Positions 1 through 11,078 of a stretch of DNA of 64,000 bases are shown one piece after another (within the stretch, counting starts at the first letter, position 1; the number at the start of each line of letters is the position of its first letter). Made by a program: the position numbers and the translations under genes. The stretch is from Octopus vulgaris (Eukaryota), in assembly GCA_951406725.2 (NCBI GenBank), contig OX597828.1:41850001-41914000 (forward strand), written 5' to 3'. The notes below the pieces were generated by a model. The model saw only the letters and a program-made list of their open reading frames with translations, was not told where the DNA came from and searched no databases.

Positions 1-163
1 ATCTCTCTCTCCCTTTCTCTTTCTTTCTTTTTTTCTTTCTTTCTTTCTCTCTCTCTCTCTCTCTCTTTCAGTCTCTCTCTCTTTCAGTCTCTCTCTCTTT
101 CAGTCTCTCTCTCTTTCTCTCTCTCTCTCTACCTCTCTAACTATCTATCTATGTATCTATATA

Positions 164-833
164 TGAAGGGAAGTAAAAAATTATCAGCACTTTCGCCATA
201 ACATAACTTTATTATTGTCACTCTACCTTTTGCGCATGCGTGCTAACAGCTGGTACTATTGTGGTCATGTGATCGAAGTTTGAGCCTGATCGCGCCATCT
301 TTCTTTCTGGCTTTACAGTGTAAGCATGGCCGCTTCACTAGCAACGTGCACCAAAGAAGAACAAAGAGCAGTGATCCAATTTCTCTAGAAAAGGAGTGAT
401 CGATGAACAGTGCCAGGTACAGTGCTTTGCTGGCCAAAAAACTCAAACCAACTATTCGCAACAAACGCCAAAGCCTATTTTCGAAGCAAGTTTTGTTGCA
501 TGGTAATGCACACCCACGCACGGGTTTTGAGGTGCTGGAACACCCTGTCAATAGCTCAGATTTCGAATCTTACGACTATCATATCTTTAGATCGCTCAAA
601 GACGATCGATTTCCTACGGATGAAGATCTGAAGGAAGCGGTGCATAAATGGTTGCACGACCAGCCGAAAACCTTCTTTTTGGAGGGAAATACGCAAGATT
701 GAGGACCGCTGGACTAAGTGCATCGAAAAGGAAGGAGACTACACAGAAAAATGACGAACTTGTTTATCGTCTGCTTTTGTGTAAATACATTGAAAAAAAC
801 AAGAGTGCATATAAATTTTGACTCTCTCTCTCG
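164..833 (+). mobile_element. Internally deleted mariner (Tc1/mariner) element
   Basis: Imperfect TIRs (tgaagggaagtaaaaaattatcagcact / agtgcatataaattttgactctctctctcg) flanked by TA. ORF 403-702 encodes a degenerate mariner C-terminus (LEHPVNSSDFESYDYHIFRSLK, compare HPPYSPDLAPSDYHLF). Confidence 0.85.
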
Positions 834-900
834 TATATATATATATATGATGGACTCACTCGTCGGAGACGATGTATCAGCGTTCAATATTTGCTGAACG

Positions 901-2150
901 AAAGGTGGCCAGCTGGCATAAATGTTAGCACGCCGGGCGAAATGCTTAGGGGTGTTTCGTCAGCTGTTACGTTCTGAATTCAAATTCCGCCGAGGTCGAC
1001 TTTGCCTTTCGTCCTTTCGGGGTCGATTAAATAAGTACCAGTTACGCACTGGGGTCGATATAATCGACTTAATCCGTTTGTCTGTCCTTGTTTGTCCTCT
1101 CTGTGTTTAGCCCCTTGTGGGTAGTAAAGAAATTGGTATTTCTTCTGCTGCTACGTTCTGAGATCAAATTCTGCCGAGGTTGACTTTGCCTTTCATCCTT
1201 TCGGGGACGATAAATTAAGTACCAGTTACGCAATGGTGTCGATATAATCCACTTAATCCGTTTGTATGTCCTTGTTTGTCCCCTCTACGTTTAGCCCCTT
1301 GTGGGCAATAAAGAAACAAGAAACGTTAGCACGTCGGGTGAAACGATTAGTGGTATTTCGTCTATCTTTACATTCTGAGTTCAAATTCCGCCGAGGTAGA
1401 CTTTGCCTTTTATCCTTTCGGGGTCGATAAATTAAGTACCATTTGTGTACTGGTGTCGATCTAATCGACTGGCCCTGTACTTCAAAATTTCGGACCTTTT
1501 GCGTAGAGTAGAAAAGAATATTAAAGGCGGCAAACTGGCAGAAACGTTAGCACGCCGGGTGAGATACTTAGCGGTATTTCGTCTCCCGTTACGTTCTGAG
1601 TTCAAATTCTGCCGAAGTCGGATTTGTCTTTCATCCTTTCGGGGTCGATAAATTATGTACAAGTTGCGTACTGGGGTCAATCTAATCGACTGGCGCACTC
1701 CCTCAAAAATGTTGGGCCTTGTGCTTAGAGTAGAAAAGAATATTAAAGGCGGCGAGCTGGTAGAAACGTTAGCATGCCGGGCGAAATGCTTAGCGGTATT
1801 TCGTCTGCCGTTACGTTCTGTTTTCAAATTCCGCCGAGGTCGACTTTGTCTTTAATCCTTTCGGGGTCGATTAAATAAGTACCAGTTACGCACTGGGGTC
1901 GATATAATCGACTTAATCCGTTTGTCTGTCCTTGTTTGTCCATTCTGTGTTTAGCCCCTTGTGGGTAGTAAAGAGATAAGTATTTTGTCTGCCGTTACGT
2001 TGTGAGTTCAAATTCCGCCGAGGTCAGCTCTGTCTTTCATCCTTTCGGGATCGATTAATTAAGTACCAGTTGCTTACTGGGGTCGATCTAATCGATTGGT
2101 ACCCCACCCACAAAAATGCGGGCCTTGTATCTAGAGTAGAAAAGAATATT
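901..2150 (+). mobile_element. Head-to-tail array of six tRNA-derived SINE units (family A)
   Basis: Head with A-box-like tggcagaaacgttagc and B-box gagttcaaattcc; core gactttgcctttcatcctttcggggtcgataaattaagtaccag; two alternative 3' tails. Units start near 901, 1136, 1320, 1523, 1744 and 1980. Confidence 0.9.
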
Positions 2151-2335
2151 TACTGAACGACTTGCACAAAATGATTTGTTTATAGCATTCAAATGTTCGT
2201 GCCGTACATTAGCTCACTTCCTCTATAAAATCGACGTTGTCTGAACAGGCGTACGGTGTCCGAGATGTCAGGTGTCGAAGCGATCACAGAACAATGTGAG
2301 GTGAAGTGATTTGGATGGAGAATACAATGCACTAC

Positions 2336-2380
<45 letters not shown>

Positions 2381-2381
<1 letters not shown>

Positions 2382-2537
2382 TTTATTTTAAGCAGCAGAA
2401 AATTCAACAAAATCTGTTACTCTGAGTTTCTCGTTGCCGTTCATCAGACAGTTTTGCTAGCAAAAACTGTCTGATGAACGGCAACGAGAAACTCAGAGTA
2501 ACAGATTTTGTTGAATTTTCTGCTGCTTAAAATAAAG
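2381..2537. repeat. Near-perfect 157-bp palindrome (inverted PLE-like pseudo-LTR)
   Basis: 2381-2458 is the reverse complement of 2459-2537 with one indel; flanked by (TA)n; AATAAA at 2531. Confidence 0.9.
2463..2509 (+). ncRNA. Type I hammerhead ribozyme motif (mirror copy on minus strand at 2409-2455)
   Basis: cugu-CUGAUGA(2471-2477)-A-cg-GCAA-cg-A-GAAA(2488-2491)-cucaga-GUA(2498-2500)-acag. Stem I is cugu/acag; stem II is short with an A-A mismatch at its base. Confidence 0.65.
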
Positions 2538-2605
2538 CATATTACTCTACCACTGGTATTTGAGTACTCTTTTTTCCACCTTGTTTCACATTTATGTGTT
2601 TACTC

Positions 2606-2675
<70 letters not shown>

Positions 2676-2679
<4 letters not shown>

Positions 2680-2850
2680 ATTAATCAATATAAGGGTAGC
2701 AAAAAATTCAAGAAAAATATTTCGCCACCAGCGGTCTAGTGAGAAAGAGAAATAGTCACAGACTATATATATATAATTTTAACAATATTAAGGAATGGTG
2801 GTGAAAAATTTTTCTTGAATTTTTTGCTACCCTTATATTGATTAATTGAT
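2676..2850. repeat. Inverted repeat with about 55-bp arms next to (TA)n
   Basis: atcaattaatcaatataagggtagcaaaaaattcaagaaaaa (2676 onward) versus tttttcttgaattttttgctacccttatattgattaattgat (ending 2850). Confidence 0.8.
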
Positions 2851-3335
2851 GACTTTTTGGCTAATTTTGAAATTATTTCAGCAGTTTATATTTGCTGCTG
2901 AGAAAATAGTGCGGTGACGGTGGATTTTGAAAATTTAGTGTATATAGACTCGAGGCGTCGCTGGTGTCGCCTCGTGGATATATATTTTCCTTGGCTTCTT
3001 TGCTGGCGAGACAGGCCAGATGTAAACGAATTTAATTTAATTTAATTAAATTGGTTTACCAAAGTGTCGAAACTATGCATAGTCCAAAGATGATAAGGGT
3101 AAATGTTTTTTTTTTCTCCTTGGTTTCAGAATTACAACTATTTAGCGGTTTGAGTTTGGCTGCTCTTTCTAGTGGGTCGAATGGCCTATCGGGGCCATTC
3201 CTTAATATTGTTGAAAAAAAAAATATATATATATATACATATATATGTATGTATATATGCACATGCATATATATATATATATATCGCTAGCAACTACGCA
3301 TTCTTTATTTTCTCTCCTTGTTTCTTTCTGTGTTC

Positions 3336-3373
3336 CTGTCTGTGGAAGAGCGTAGGCTCGAAACGTTAAAGAC
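3336..3373 (+). ncRNA. Minimal hammerhead motif, CUGUNGA (A6U) family, in a PLE-like terminal remnant (3287-3392)
   Basis: CUGUGGA-A-GAGC-guag-GCUC-GAAA-CG-UU-aaag; paralogues at 10546-10581 and 62270-62305. Confidence 0.6.
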
Positions 3374-3425
3374 ATTTTCACTTCCCGAGCGTTGTGAATT
3401 CTTCCCCTGAACAAATATATATCTA

Positions 3426-3625
3426 CAGCAATCCCTCGACTATCGATGGTGTTACGTTCCAAAACCCTTCGTCATAGGTAAAAATCCTCGAAGTAGAAAC
3501 ATTATTGTACTGTATATTTTGTTTTTATTATTTTATCATAAATGCAAAACACCACGGAGCTTATTTAAGGTAAGCTTAAATAATAAACCGCGATAGGTTA
3601 ACCGCGATATGTCGAGGGACTACTA
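3426..3625. mobile_element. Tigger/pogo-like MITE
   Basis: TIRs cagcaatccctcgactatcg / cgatatgtcgagggactacta with TA on both sides. Confidence 0.75.
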
Positions 3626-3652
3626 TATATAACATATACATACACACACACA

Positions 3653-3704
<52 letters not shown>

Positions 3705-4023
3705 ACGCATATGTGTATCTATGTGAGAGTATCTGTAAAGATAGGATGATTTAAGTGTGAACTCAATACAAAGTTAGCAATATTTTTATTCAATGGATGA
3801 ATTTTCGCGGCAATCTTAAGAGTGACACCTTAATCAAAGGTGAAGCGGCTAACCTCCTTTGTTCGAAGGTTATAATGGACGCAGTTTGTGTGTCAAATAG
3901 CTAGCTTAAGGCGATGGCCTCATGGAGCTAATCAGCGTCAGCTTAAGTCTTATATCTATAAGACTGCCATATTAATATGGCGATAACTATTAATTTATAT
4001 ATATATAGATATATATATATAAT

Positions 4024-4295
4024 GAAATGCGGTGAGCTGGTAAAATCATTAGCATACCAGACAAAGCGCTTTGCGGCATTTCGTCCATCTTTACGTTTTG
4101 AGTTCAAATTCCGCCGAGGTGGACTTCAGCTTCATAGGCGCAGGAGTAGTTGTGTGATAAGAAACTTGCTTTCCAGCCATATGGTTCCGGGCTCAATCCT
4201 GTTGCGAGGCATCTTATGCAAGTGTTTTCTACCATAGCCTCGACCAAAGACTTGTGATAAGATTTGGTAAACGGAAACTGAAAAAAGCCCGTGGA
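4024..4295 (+). mobile_element. Family A SINE head followed directly by a family B SINE head (both truncated)
   Basis: gagctggtaaaatcattagc...gagttcaaattccgccgagg to about 4130, then aggcgcaggagtagttgtgtg...ggaaactgaaaaaagcccgt. Confidence 0.75.
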
Positions 4296-4400
4296 ATATA
4301 TATAAAGATAAATTGACTTGGAAATAGATTCGTAGCGTTCAATCGTAGAATAATATAAATAATATATATATATATATATATGTACGTACTTACGCATATA

Positions 4401-4452
<52 letters not shown>

Positions 4453-4536
4453 GGTATGTAGAAAAATACAACATGGACAAGACCGTATAACTCTTAGAAG
4501 ACGACACAATAAACACGGACAGGACATTCGAAACCC

Positions 4537-4600
4537 TCAGTCTTCAGTCAAGAACCGGATCATCGTAGTAATTTCTGGCTGATTAATCTTGAGATTACTA
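4537..4600 (-). ncRNA. Rearranged hammerhead motif, copy 1 (1-nt insertion before GAAA)
   Basis: Same as 5382-5444 but with an extra base at about 4576. Confidence 0.6.
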
Positions 4601-5381
4601 GATCACGGCCAGCCCTCCAAGAAAAACCAAGCAACGAGCATTAGAAAAACTAAGCTGGAAGCGTAGATTTCCTGGAAGAAGGATCGAATGCATACGAACA
4701 CCAGGACAGCAAAAGGGACAGATATAAAAAAACAAAAAACAATAATGGAATACAGAAACATGAAATACAGAAGCATTAACGGTGAAAACAACAGTGTCTT
4801 ACGACTGATAACAAGCAAACAAATTTTTTCTCTGGCGCAATGGAAAAAGCCTTTATAGTGGCGGACGAAAACAGCGATGTTAACAGAACGAGGGTCAGAG
4901 GCTGAAAGGCAGATTTCAGCCAACAGTCACGTGACAGAGAAGAGGGAAAAGAAAAGAAAGAGAAGCAAAGGAAGAGAGAGAGAGAGGAGGGACAAACGCA
5001 ACAAAGAGAGAGAAGAGAGAGAAAGAAGGAATCAGAGAGGAGAAGGGATGGGTGTCGAAGAATGACCTGTGAGTGCAGAGCGAGACAAAGAAATAGGAGG
5101 GTAGTGGAAGACTAGACCAAAGAATCAGAGGAAAGAGAAGAGAAAAAGAGGATGAGTAGAGAGAAAAGAGAGAGAGGGGGACAGATCAAGTAAAAATGAG
5201 AGAGAGAGAGAGACAAACAGAGAGTCGTACCAATTATTAAGAATATGTGCTCACATAAATGTTAAGGGGGGTACGGGGCGCCTGGAATATATGTTAAGGT
5301 ATGTAGAAAAATACAACATGGACAAGACCGTATAACTCTTAGAAGACGACACAATAAACACGGACAGGACATTCGAAACCC

Positions 5382-5444
5382 TCAGTCTTCAGTCAAGAAC
5401 CGGATCATCGTAGTAATTTCGGCTGATTAATCTTGAGATTACTA
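5382..5444 (-). ncRNA. Rearranged (non-circularly permuted) hammerhead motif, copy 2
   Basis: Minus strand: UAGUAAU-C-UCAAGA-uuaa-UCAGCC-GAA-AUUACUA-(12 nt)-UCUUGA-CUGAAGA-CUGA. Stem III is 7 bp and stem I is 6 bp, both perfect; all core nucleotides are present. Confidence 0.75.
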
Positions 5445-6225
5445 GATCACGGCCAGCCCTCCAAGAAAAACCAAGCAACGAGCATTAGAAAAACTAAGCT
5501 GGAAGCGTAGATTTCCTGGAAGAAGGATCGAATGCATACGAACACCAGGACAGCAAAAGGGACAGATATAAAAAAACAAAAAACAATAATGGAATACAGA
5601 AACATGAAATACAGAAGCATTAACGGTGAAAACAACAGTGTCTTACGACTGATAACAAGCAAACAAATTTTTTCTCTGGCGCAATGGAAAAAGCCTTTAT
5701 AGTGGCGGACGAAAACAGCGATGTTAACAGAACGAGGGTCAGAGGCTGAAAGGCAGATTTCAGCCAACAGTCACGTGACAGAGAAGAGGGAAAAGAAAAG
5801 AAAGAGAAGCAAAGGAAGAGAGAGAGAGAGGAGGGACAAACGCAACAAAGAGAGAGAAGAGAGAGAAAGAAGGAATCAGAGAGGAGAAGGGATGGGTGTC
5901 GAAGAATGACCTGTGAGTGCAGAGCGAGACAAAGAAATAGGAGGGTAGTGGAAGACTAGACCAAAGAATCAGAGGAAAGAGAAGAGAAAAAGAGGATGAG
6001 TAGAGAGAAAAGAGAGAGAGGGGGACAGATCAAGTAAAAATGAGAGAGAGAGAGAGACAAACAGAGAGTCGTACCAATTATTAAGAATATGTGCTCACAT
6101 AAATGTTAAGGGGGGTACGGGGCGCCTGGAATATATGTTAAGGTATGTAGAAAAATACAACATGGACAAGACCGTATAACTCTTAGAAGACGACACAATA
6201 AACACGGACAGGACATTCGAAACCC

Positions 6226-6288
6226 TCAGTCTTCAGTCAAGAACCGGATCATCGTAGTAATTTCGGCTGATTAATCTTGAGATTACTA
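6226..6288 (-). ncRNA. Rearranged hammerhead motif, copy 3
   Basis: Identical to 5382-5444, offset by 844. Confidence 0.75.
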
Positions 6289-6454
6289 GATCACGGCCAG
6301 CCCTCCAAGAAAAACCAAGCAACGAGCATTAGAAAAACTAAGCTGGAAGCGTAGATTTCCTGGAAGAAGGATCGAATGCATACGAACACCAGGACAGCAA
6401 AAGGGACAGATATAAAGCTTCCCGTTATATATATATATATATATATGCATATAT

Positions 6455-6900
6455 GAGTACAGGATGTCACAAAACGTAAACAACATGAAATACGAAAACG
6501 TCATGGATTACGAAATACGGAAACATGAAATACGAAGACAAACAAATGGTAAACAAGATAAGTAACATAAAGAACGACCCTTCATCAGTTGTCGGCTGTT
6601 TATCTACTCCATTTTTCGAGCAATTCACGGTAATTGCTCGAGAACAGCTCGAAATTAGAGAAGGACAGTGGTCATTCTGGTAGGAGTTTTGTCGATTCCT
6701 TTCGTGGACAGCACATTTGCCACCTTTGTCGCCTCTAAAACTACACCCAGTTCTCTTACCTGTGGCCTTATGTTCTAACTGTATGCGGCAGCGTGCGGCC
6801 AACCTGGGCAACAACGTTGGCAGGGCCTTCTTAAACCATATATCAAAACGAACCTGTGATCTTGCTTCTACGTGGTCATTCGATAAACTTGAAATAACAA
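6455..6900 (-). mobile_element. PLE-like terminal remnant with a second rearranged hammerhead core (6572-6626)
   Basis: Minus strand: GAAUUGCUC-GAAA ... cgacaa-CUGAUGA-A-GGGUCGUUC; stem II pairs at 8 of 9 positions and GAAA lies upstream of CUGAUGA; abuts (TA)n. Confidence 0.55.
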
Positions 6901-7038
6901 CCCTCATCTCACTCAAACATTATCTTAATGATAGTTCTCTTTTTTTCACTTTTTATTCATTTTTTTTTTTTGAAAATGCAGGGACACATTGGATAAAGTA
7001 GACCCATACACATTATGTCTGAATAAAATGCAAAATAA

Positions 7039-7114
<76 letters not shown>

Positions 7115-7293
7115 ACAAGCAAGCAAAAAACAAAACAAATCGGAACCACGATTGAAGCGACTTTGATCATGTGTCTGCGGAGGCAAGGTTGACCTGGGGC
7201 TAAACAACAATAATAATGATTATATAAAATAAAACACAAGAGGGGTGGAGTATCACACTTTCAAAAGAATTTGAAATTTTGACAGCAACGCCG

Positions 7294-7511
<218 letters not shown>

Positions 7512-7882
7512 TGCAAAGCAAAGAATGTATGTTTTGATGTAGAAGTGAGCAGTTCAAAGTTGGAAGGAAATATCAATAAATGCCAGACAAGCATCAGAAA
7601 TGACGTGGTTGTGTTCAGGGTTTGTCTTTTGATGCCAACTTGTGAATGAAAAACAATGAAGAGGAGAATCTTTCAAGAAAATACACAAATACATACATAC
7701 ATACACACAAACGTACAATACTTACTTACAAACAATATATAAAGCTAACACAAAAGCATAGCACTAAACACACGCTACAATACATATACAATCGAGTACT
7801 CGGAAAATACACGACTAACTCTATTACATATAAAGTCAATACATACATGACAAAAAATGTATATGATATATGTTTAACTTAG

Positions 7883-7969
<87 letters not shown>

Positions 7970-8250
7970 GTATATGTATGTATGTATATAGGTAACTAAA
8001 TGCATATATAACTATACTTTCATTTTTAAATATGGTATCAGTTTTCGTTTTATTATTTTTTCTTTTGCTCTGCTTCTAGGTAGGTGTGTGAGAACATATG
8101 TTTACTAAGGTATGTATAGATTTATGTAAATGCGTAGCCATATCTACAAACACACTTACACACACATACACATACACGCACGTATATACATACATACATA
8201 CATACATACATACATACATGCATACATATGTATTTATATGTATGTATGTT

Positions 8251-8324
<74 letters not shown>

Positions 8325-8340
8325 CGCAGGAGTGACTATA

Positions 8341-8715
8341 TAGGCGCATGAGTGGCTGCGTGGTAGTGTAACTTGCTTACCAACCACATGGTTCGGATTC
8401 AGTCCCACTGCGTGGCATCTTGCGTAAGTGTCTTCTACTATAGACTCGGTCCGACGAAAGTAGATGGAAACTGAAAGAACCCCGTCGTATGTGTGGGTGT
8501 GTGTGTGTGTGTATTTGTGTGTGTATTTGTGTCTCTGTCTGTCCCCCCAACCATCACTTGACAACTGATGTTGGTGTGTTTACGTCCCCGTCAGGGTACC
8601 GATGCAATAAGTACGAGGCTTACAACGAATAAGTCCTGGGGTCGATTTGTTCGACTGAAGGCGGTGCTCCAACATGGCCACAGACAAGATGACTGAAACA
8701 AATAAAAGAATAAAA
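8341..8715 (+). mobile_element. tRNA-derived SINE family B (CORE-like ccttgggcaagtgtctt segment)
   Basis: aggcgcatgagtggctgcgtggtag head; internal (TG)n; tail gctccaacatggccacagacaagatgactgaaacaaataaaaga. Confidence 0.85.
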
Positions 8716-8734
8716 GAAAAGACGCATAAATTCT

Positions 8735-9035
8735 TTGATTCTTTTACATGTCTCATTCATTTTGGCTGCGGCCATGCTGGAGCACCATCAAATCGACCTC
8801 AGGACTTATTCTGTGTAAGCGCAGTACTTATTCCATCGGTTTCCTTTGCCGAACCGCTAACTTTCACAGACGTAAGCGCATCAACATCGGTTGTTACGTC
8901 CTGAGTTCAAATTCAACCGAGGTCAACTTTGGGTTTCATCCTCTCGGGGTCGATAAAATAAGTACCAGCTGAACTCTGGGATCGATGTAATCGACTCATA
9001 CCAACCTCTCCCAAACTGCCCTGTAGCAAAATTTT
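8735..9035. mobile_element. Family B 3' part (minus, 8735-8893) fused to a family A core and tail (plus, 8893-9035)
   Basis: gcggccatgctggagcacc...gccgaaccgctaa, then gttacgtcctgagttcaaattc...cggggtcgataaaataagtaccag. Confidence 0.7.
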
Positions 9036-9083
9036 GAATAATAATAATAATAACTATTGTTATTATTATTTTTTTATTATTAA

Positions 9084-9118
<35 letters not shown>

Positions 9119-9169
9119 GACTATGTATTGAATACCTTTTCTTCGATTATAAGGATTCGCATTCACAAG

Positions 9170-9244
<75 letters not shown>

Positions 9245-9500
9245 CATATCTATATAGAAGAGTCCGGCCAAGTGCTTTACCATTAACCTAAACTGCCCGG
9301 TCACACACACACACACACACGCACACACACACACATACACACACACATATACATATATATATATGTATATATATACATACATACTTACATGTATACTTAT
9401 ATAGACTATATATACATACGCACACACACACACACAGGCGCATATATATCAGTAGCCAGCGTGTAAAACCAGTTAAGTTAAAAAGTAATACGAGGTATCT

Positions 9501-10206
9501 AATCTTATAAATATAACTATAAAATTATAGTAAGAGCAACTACGAGAGGTAATGCCACTCGCTGGAATAAGACGCCAAATGGCCCTAAACTACTTTATCA
9601 CATATACACACGCGCTGAAAGCGAGGGAATGAACAAAAATATTCTTTGAAAAATTTTATCGGACGACTTCAGTATTAATCAAGTAATTCACTCTCCTATC
9701 ATCAGTATGACATAACTACAAATACATAAATATAAACATTTATACATAACATACGAACACATCGTTTCCACAGAGCATATACAAGTGTTCAAACTTATAT
9801 TCAAGTGACAAATTTAGTTTGTTCCCTCGCTTACTGCGCCTGTGTACATGTGATAAAATATTGGGTTTGGATCATAATTATTATGGCTTTTTTTCAACAA
9901 ATTTTATCAAAAAAAAAACAATAACAATATTTAACAAAACCATCTTTAAATGACGGTCTGATCGTCTGCCAAGCAAATGTGATGCAGTAATTGAAGTAGA
10001 TGGTGAATATGCTCCGGAATAATCATTTAAAGATGTTTTTGTTACATGTTATTATTTTTGTTGAATAAAATTTGTTGAAAGAAAAAAACCCCGCAATAAT
10101 TACGCATCAACCCAACAGTTAGAGCCATTTATCGTCTTTTTCCAGCGTGTTGCGTTACCTCTCATAATCGCCCTTACTATAATTTTATAGTTATATTTAT
10201 AAGATT
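9501..10206. repeat. Outer inverted repeat with about 75-bp arms (9501-9575 / 10133-10206)
   Basis: aatcttataaatataactataaaattatagtaag versus cttactataattttatagttatatttataagatt. Confidence 0.75.
9861..10115 (+). mobile_element. Mariner-derived MITE with long TIRs
   Basis: TA-ttgggtt ... aacccaa ends; about 90-bp imperfect arms; the centre encodes a mariner C-terminal remnant (DRLPSKCDAVIEVDGEY). Confidence 0.7.
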
Positions 10207-10290
10207 ATATTTATGTAATTTTCTAGATGGTGTAATTTAATTTTTCATTTTGAATTGATAAAAGGTGGTATTTTCTAACTTATATATAAG

Positions 10291-10328
<38 letters not shown>

Positions 10329-10545
10329 TACAGACGCCATGATAGATCATTAGCCACTACACACATGTTTATACATATATGGGTTTATACATACATATAT
10401 GGGTTTATATATAAATTAATATATATATATATATATGTATATGTATGTATATATATATATACATGCATACATATATATGTATATATGTATGTATATCTTT
10501 AGCCCCTACGCACATATTTTCTCTCGTTGTTTTTTTTCTGTGTCC

Positions 10546-10581
10546 CTTTCTGTAGAAGAGCGTAGGCTCGAAACGTAAAAG
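10546..10581 (+). ncRNA. Minimal hammerhead motif, CUGUNGA family, in a (TA)n-embedded PLE-like remnant (10495-10672)
   Basis: cuuu-CUGUAGA-A-GAGC-guag-GCUC-GAAA-CG-UA-aaag; stem I is cuuu/aaag. Confidence 0.7.
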
Positions 10582-11038
10582 ACTTTTTCTATTCCTGAGC
10601 GTTATACTAATACATCGGTTTGTTTTGTACACCGCCTGTCTTCGTCTTTTGTTTTTTTCGTAATCTCTCCTTATATATATATATATATATATATATAATG
10701 ATTTTTCTTGTTAAAATGTTCATCAAAATATTTCTGTCATTTCCGTTTTTATACACTCCTAATCTTTTACTCTCGTATCGTTCTATGTATTCTAAATGGT
10801 TTGTACAATGATGCATTAAGAAGCTTTTTTTATGAATACTACCGGATTACTTCAATCTATCCATATATGGTTATTTAAATATAATATGTGTGGGGGTATA
10901 TTTGTGTGTTTGTGTGTTTGTGAGTGTGTGTCTATGTGTGAGTGCGTGTGTGTGTGTGTGTGTGTGTGCATGTGTGTGTGTGTGCGTGTGCGTATGTGTG
11001 TGTGTGTGTGCGTTTGTGTGTGTGCGTGTGTGTGTGTG

Positions 11039-11078
<40 letters not shown>

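Larger units (their letters stand above)
4449..6416 (-). mobile_element. 844-bp tandem repeat (2.3 near-identical units); non-coding PLE-derived / retrozyme-like element
   Basis: Units start at about 4449, 5294 and 6138; duplicated ORF calls are offset by 844; the only visible difference is an extra T at about 4576. (TA)n lies on both sides. Dispersed partial copies occur at 29727-30005, 52848-52908 and, diverged, 31157-31232. Confidence 0.85.

Noticed and set aside
901-2150. Repeat-spacer-like periodicity suggesting a CRISPR array
   Set aside because: The units are about 200-bp SINE copies without unique spacers, in eukaryotic DNA with no cas genes.
4603-4923. 106-aa minus-strand ORF repeated in the tandem
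   Set aside because: It has a non-ATG start and low complexity; a faint resemblance to a GIY-YIG C-terminus is too weak to call.
5400-5459. HDV-like ribozyme reading of the GGCUG/CAGCC and UAGUAAU/AUUACUA pseudoknot
   Set aside because: P1.1, P4 and the J4/2 catalytic C are missing; the hammerhead reading explains more nucleotides.
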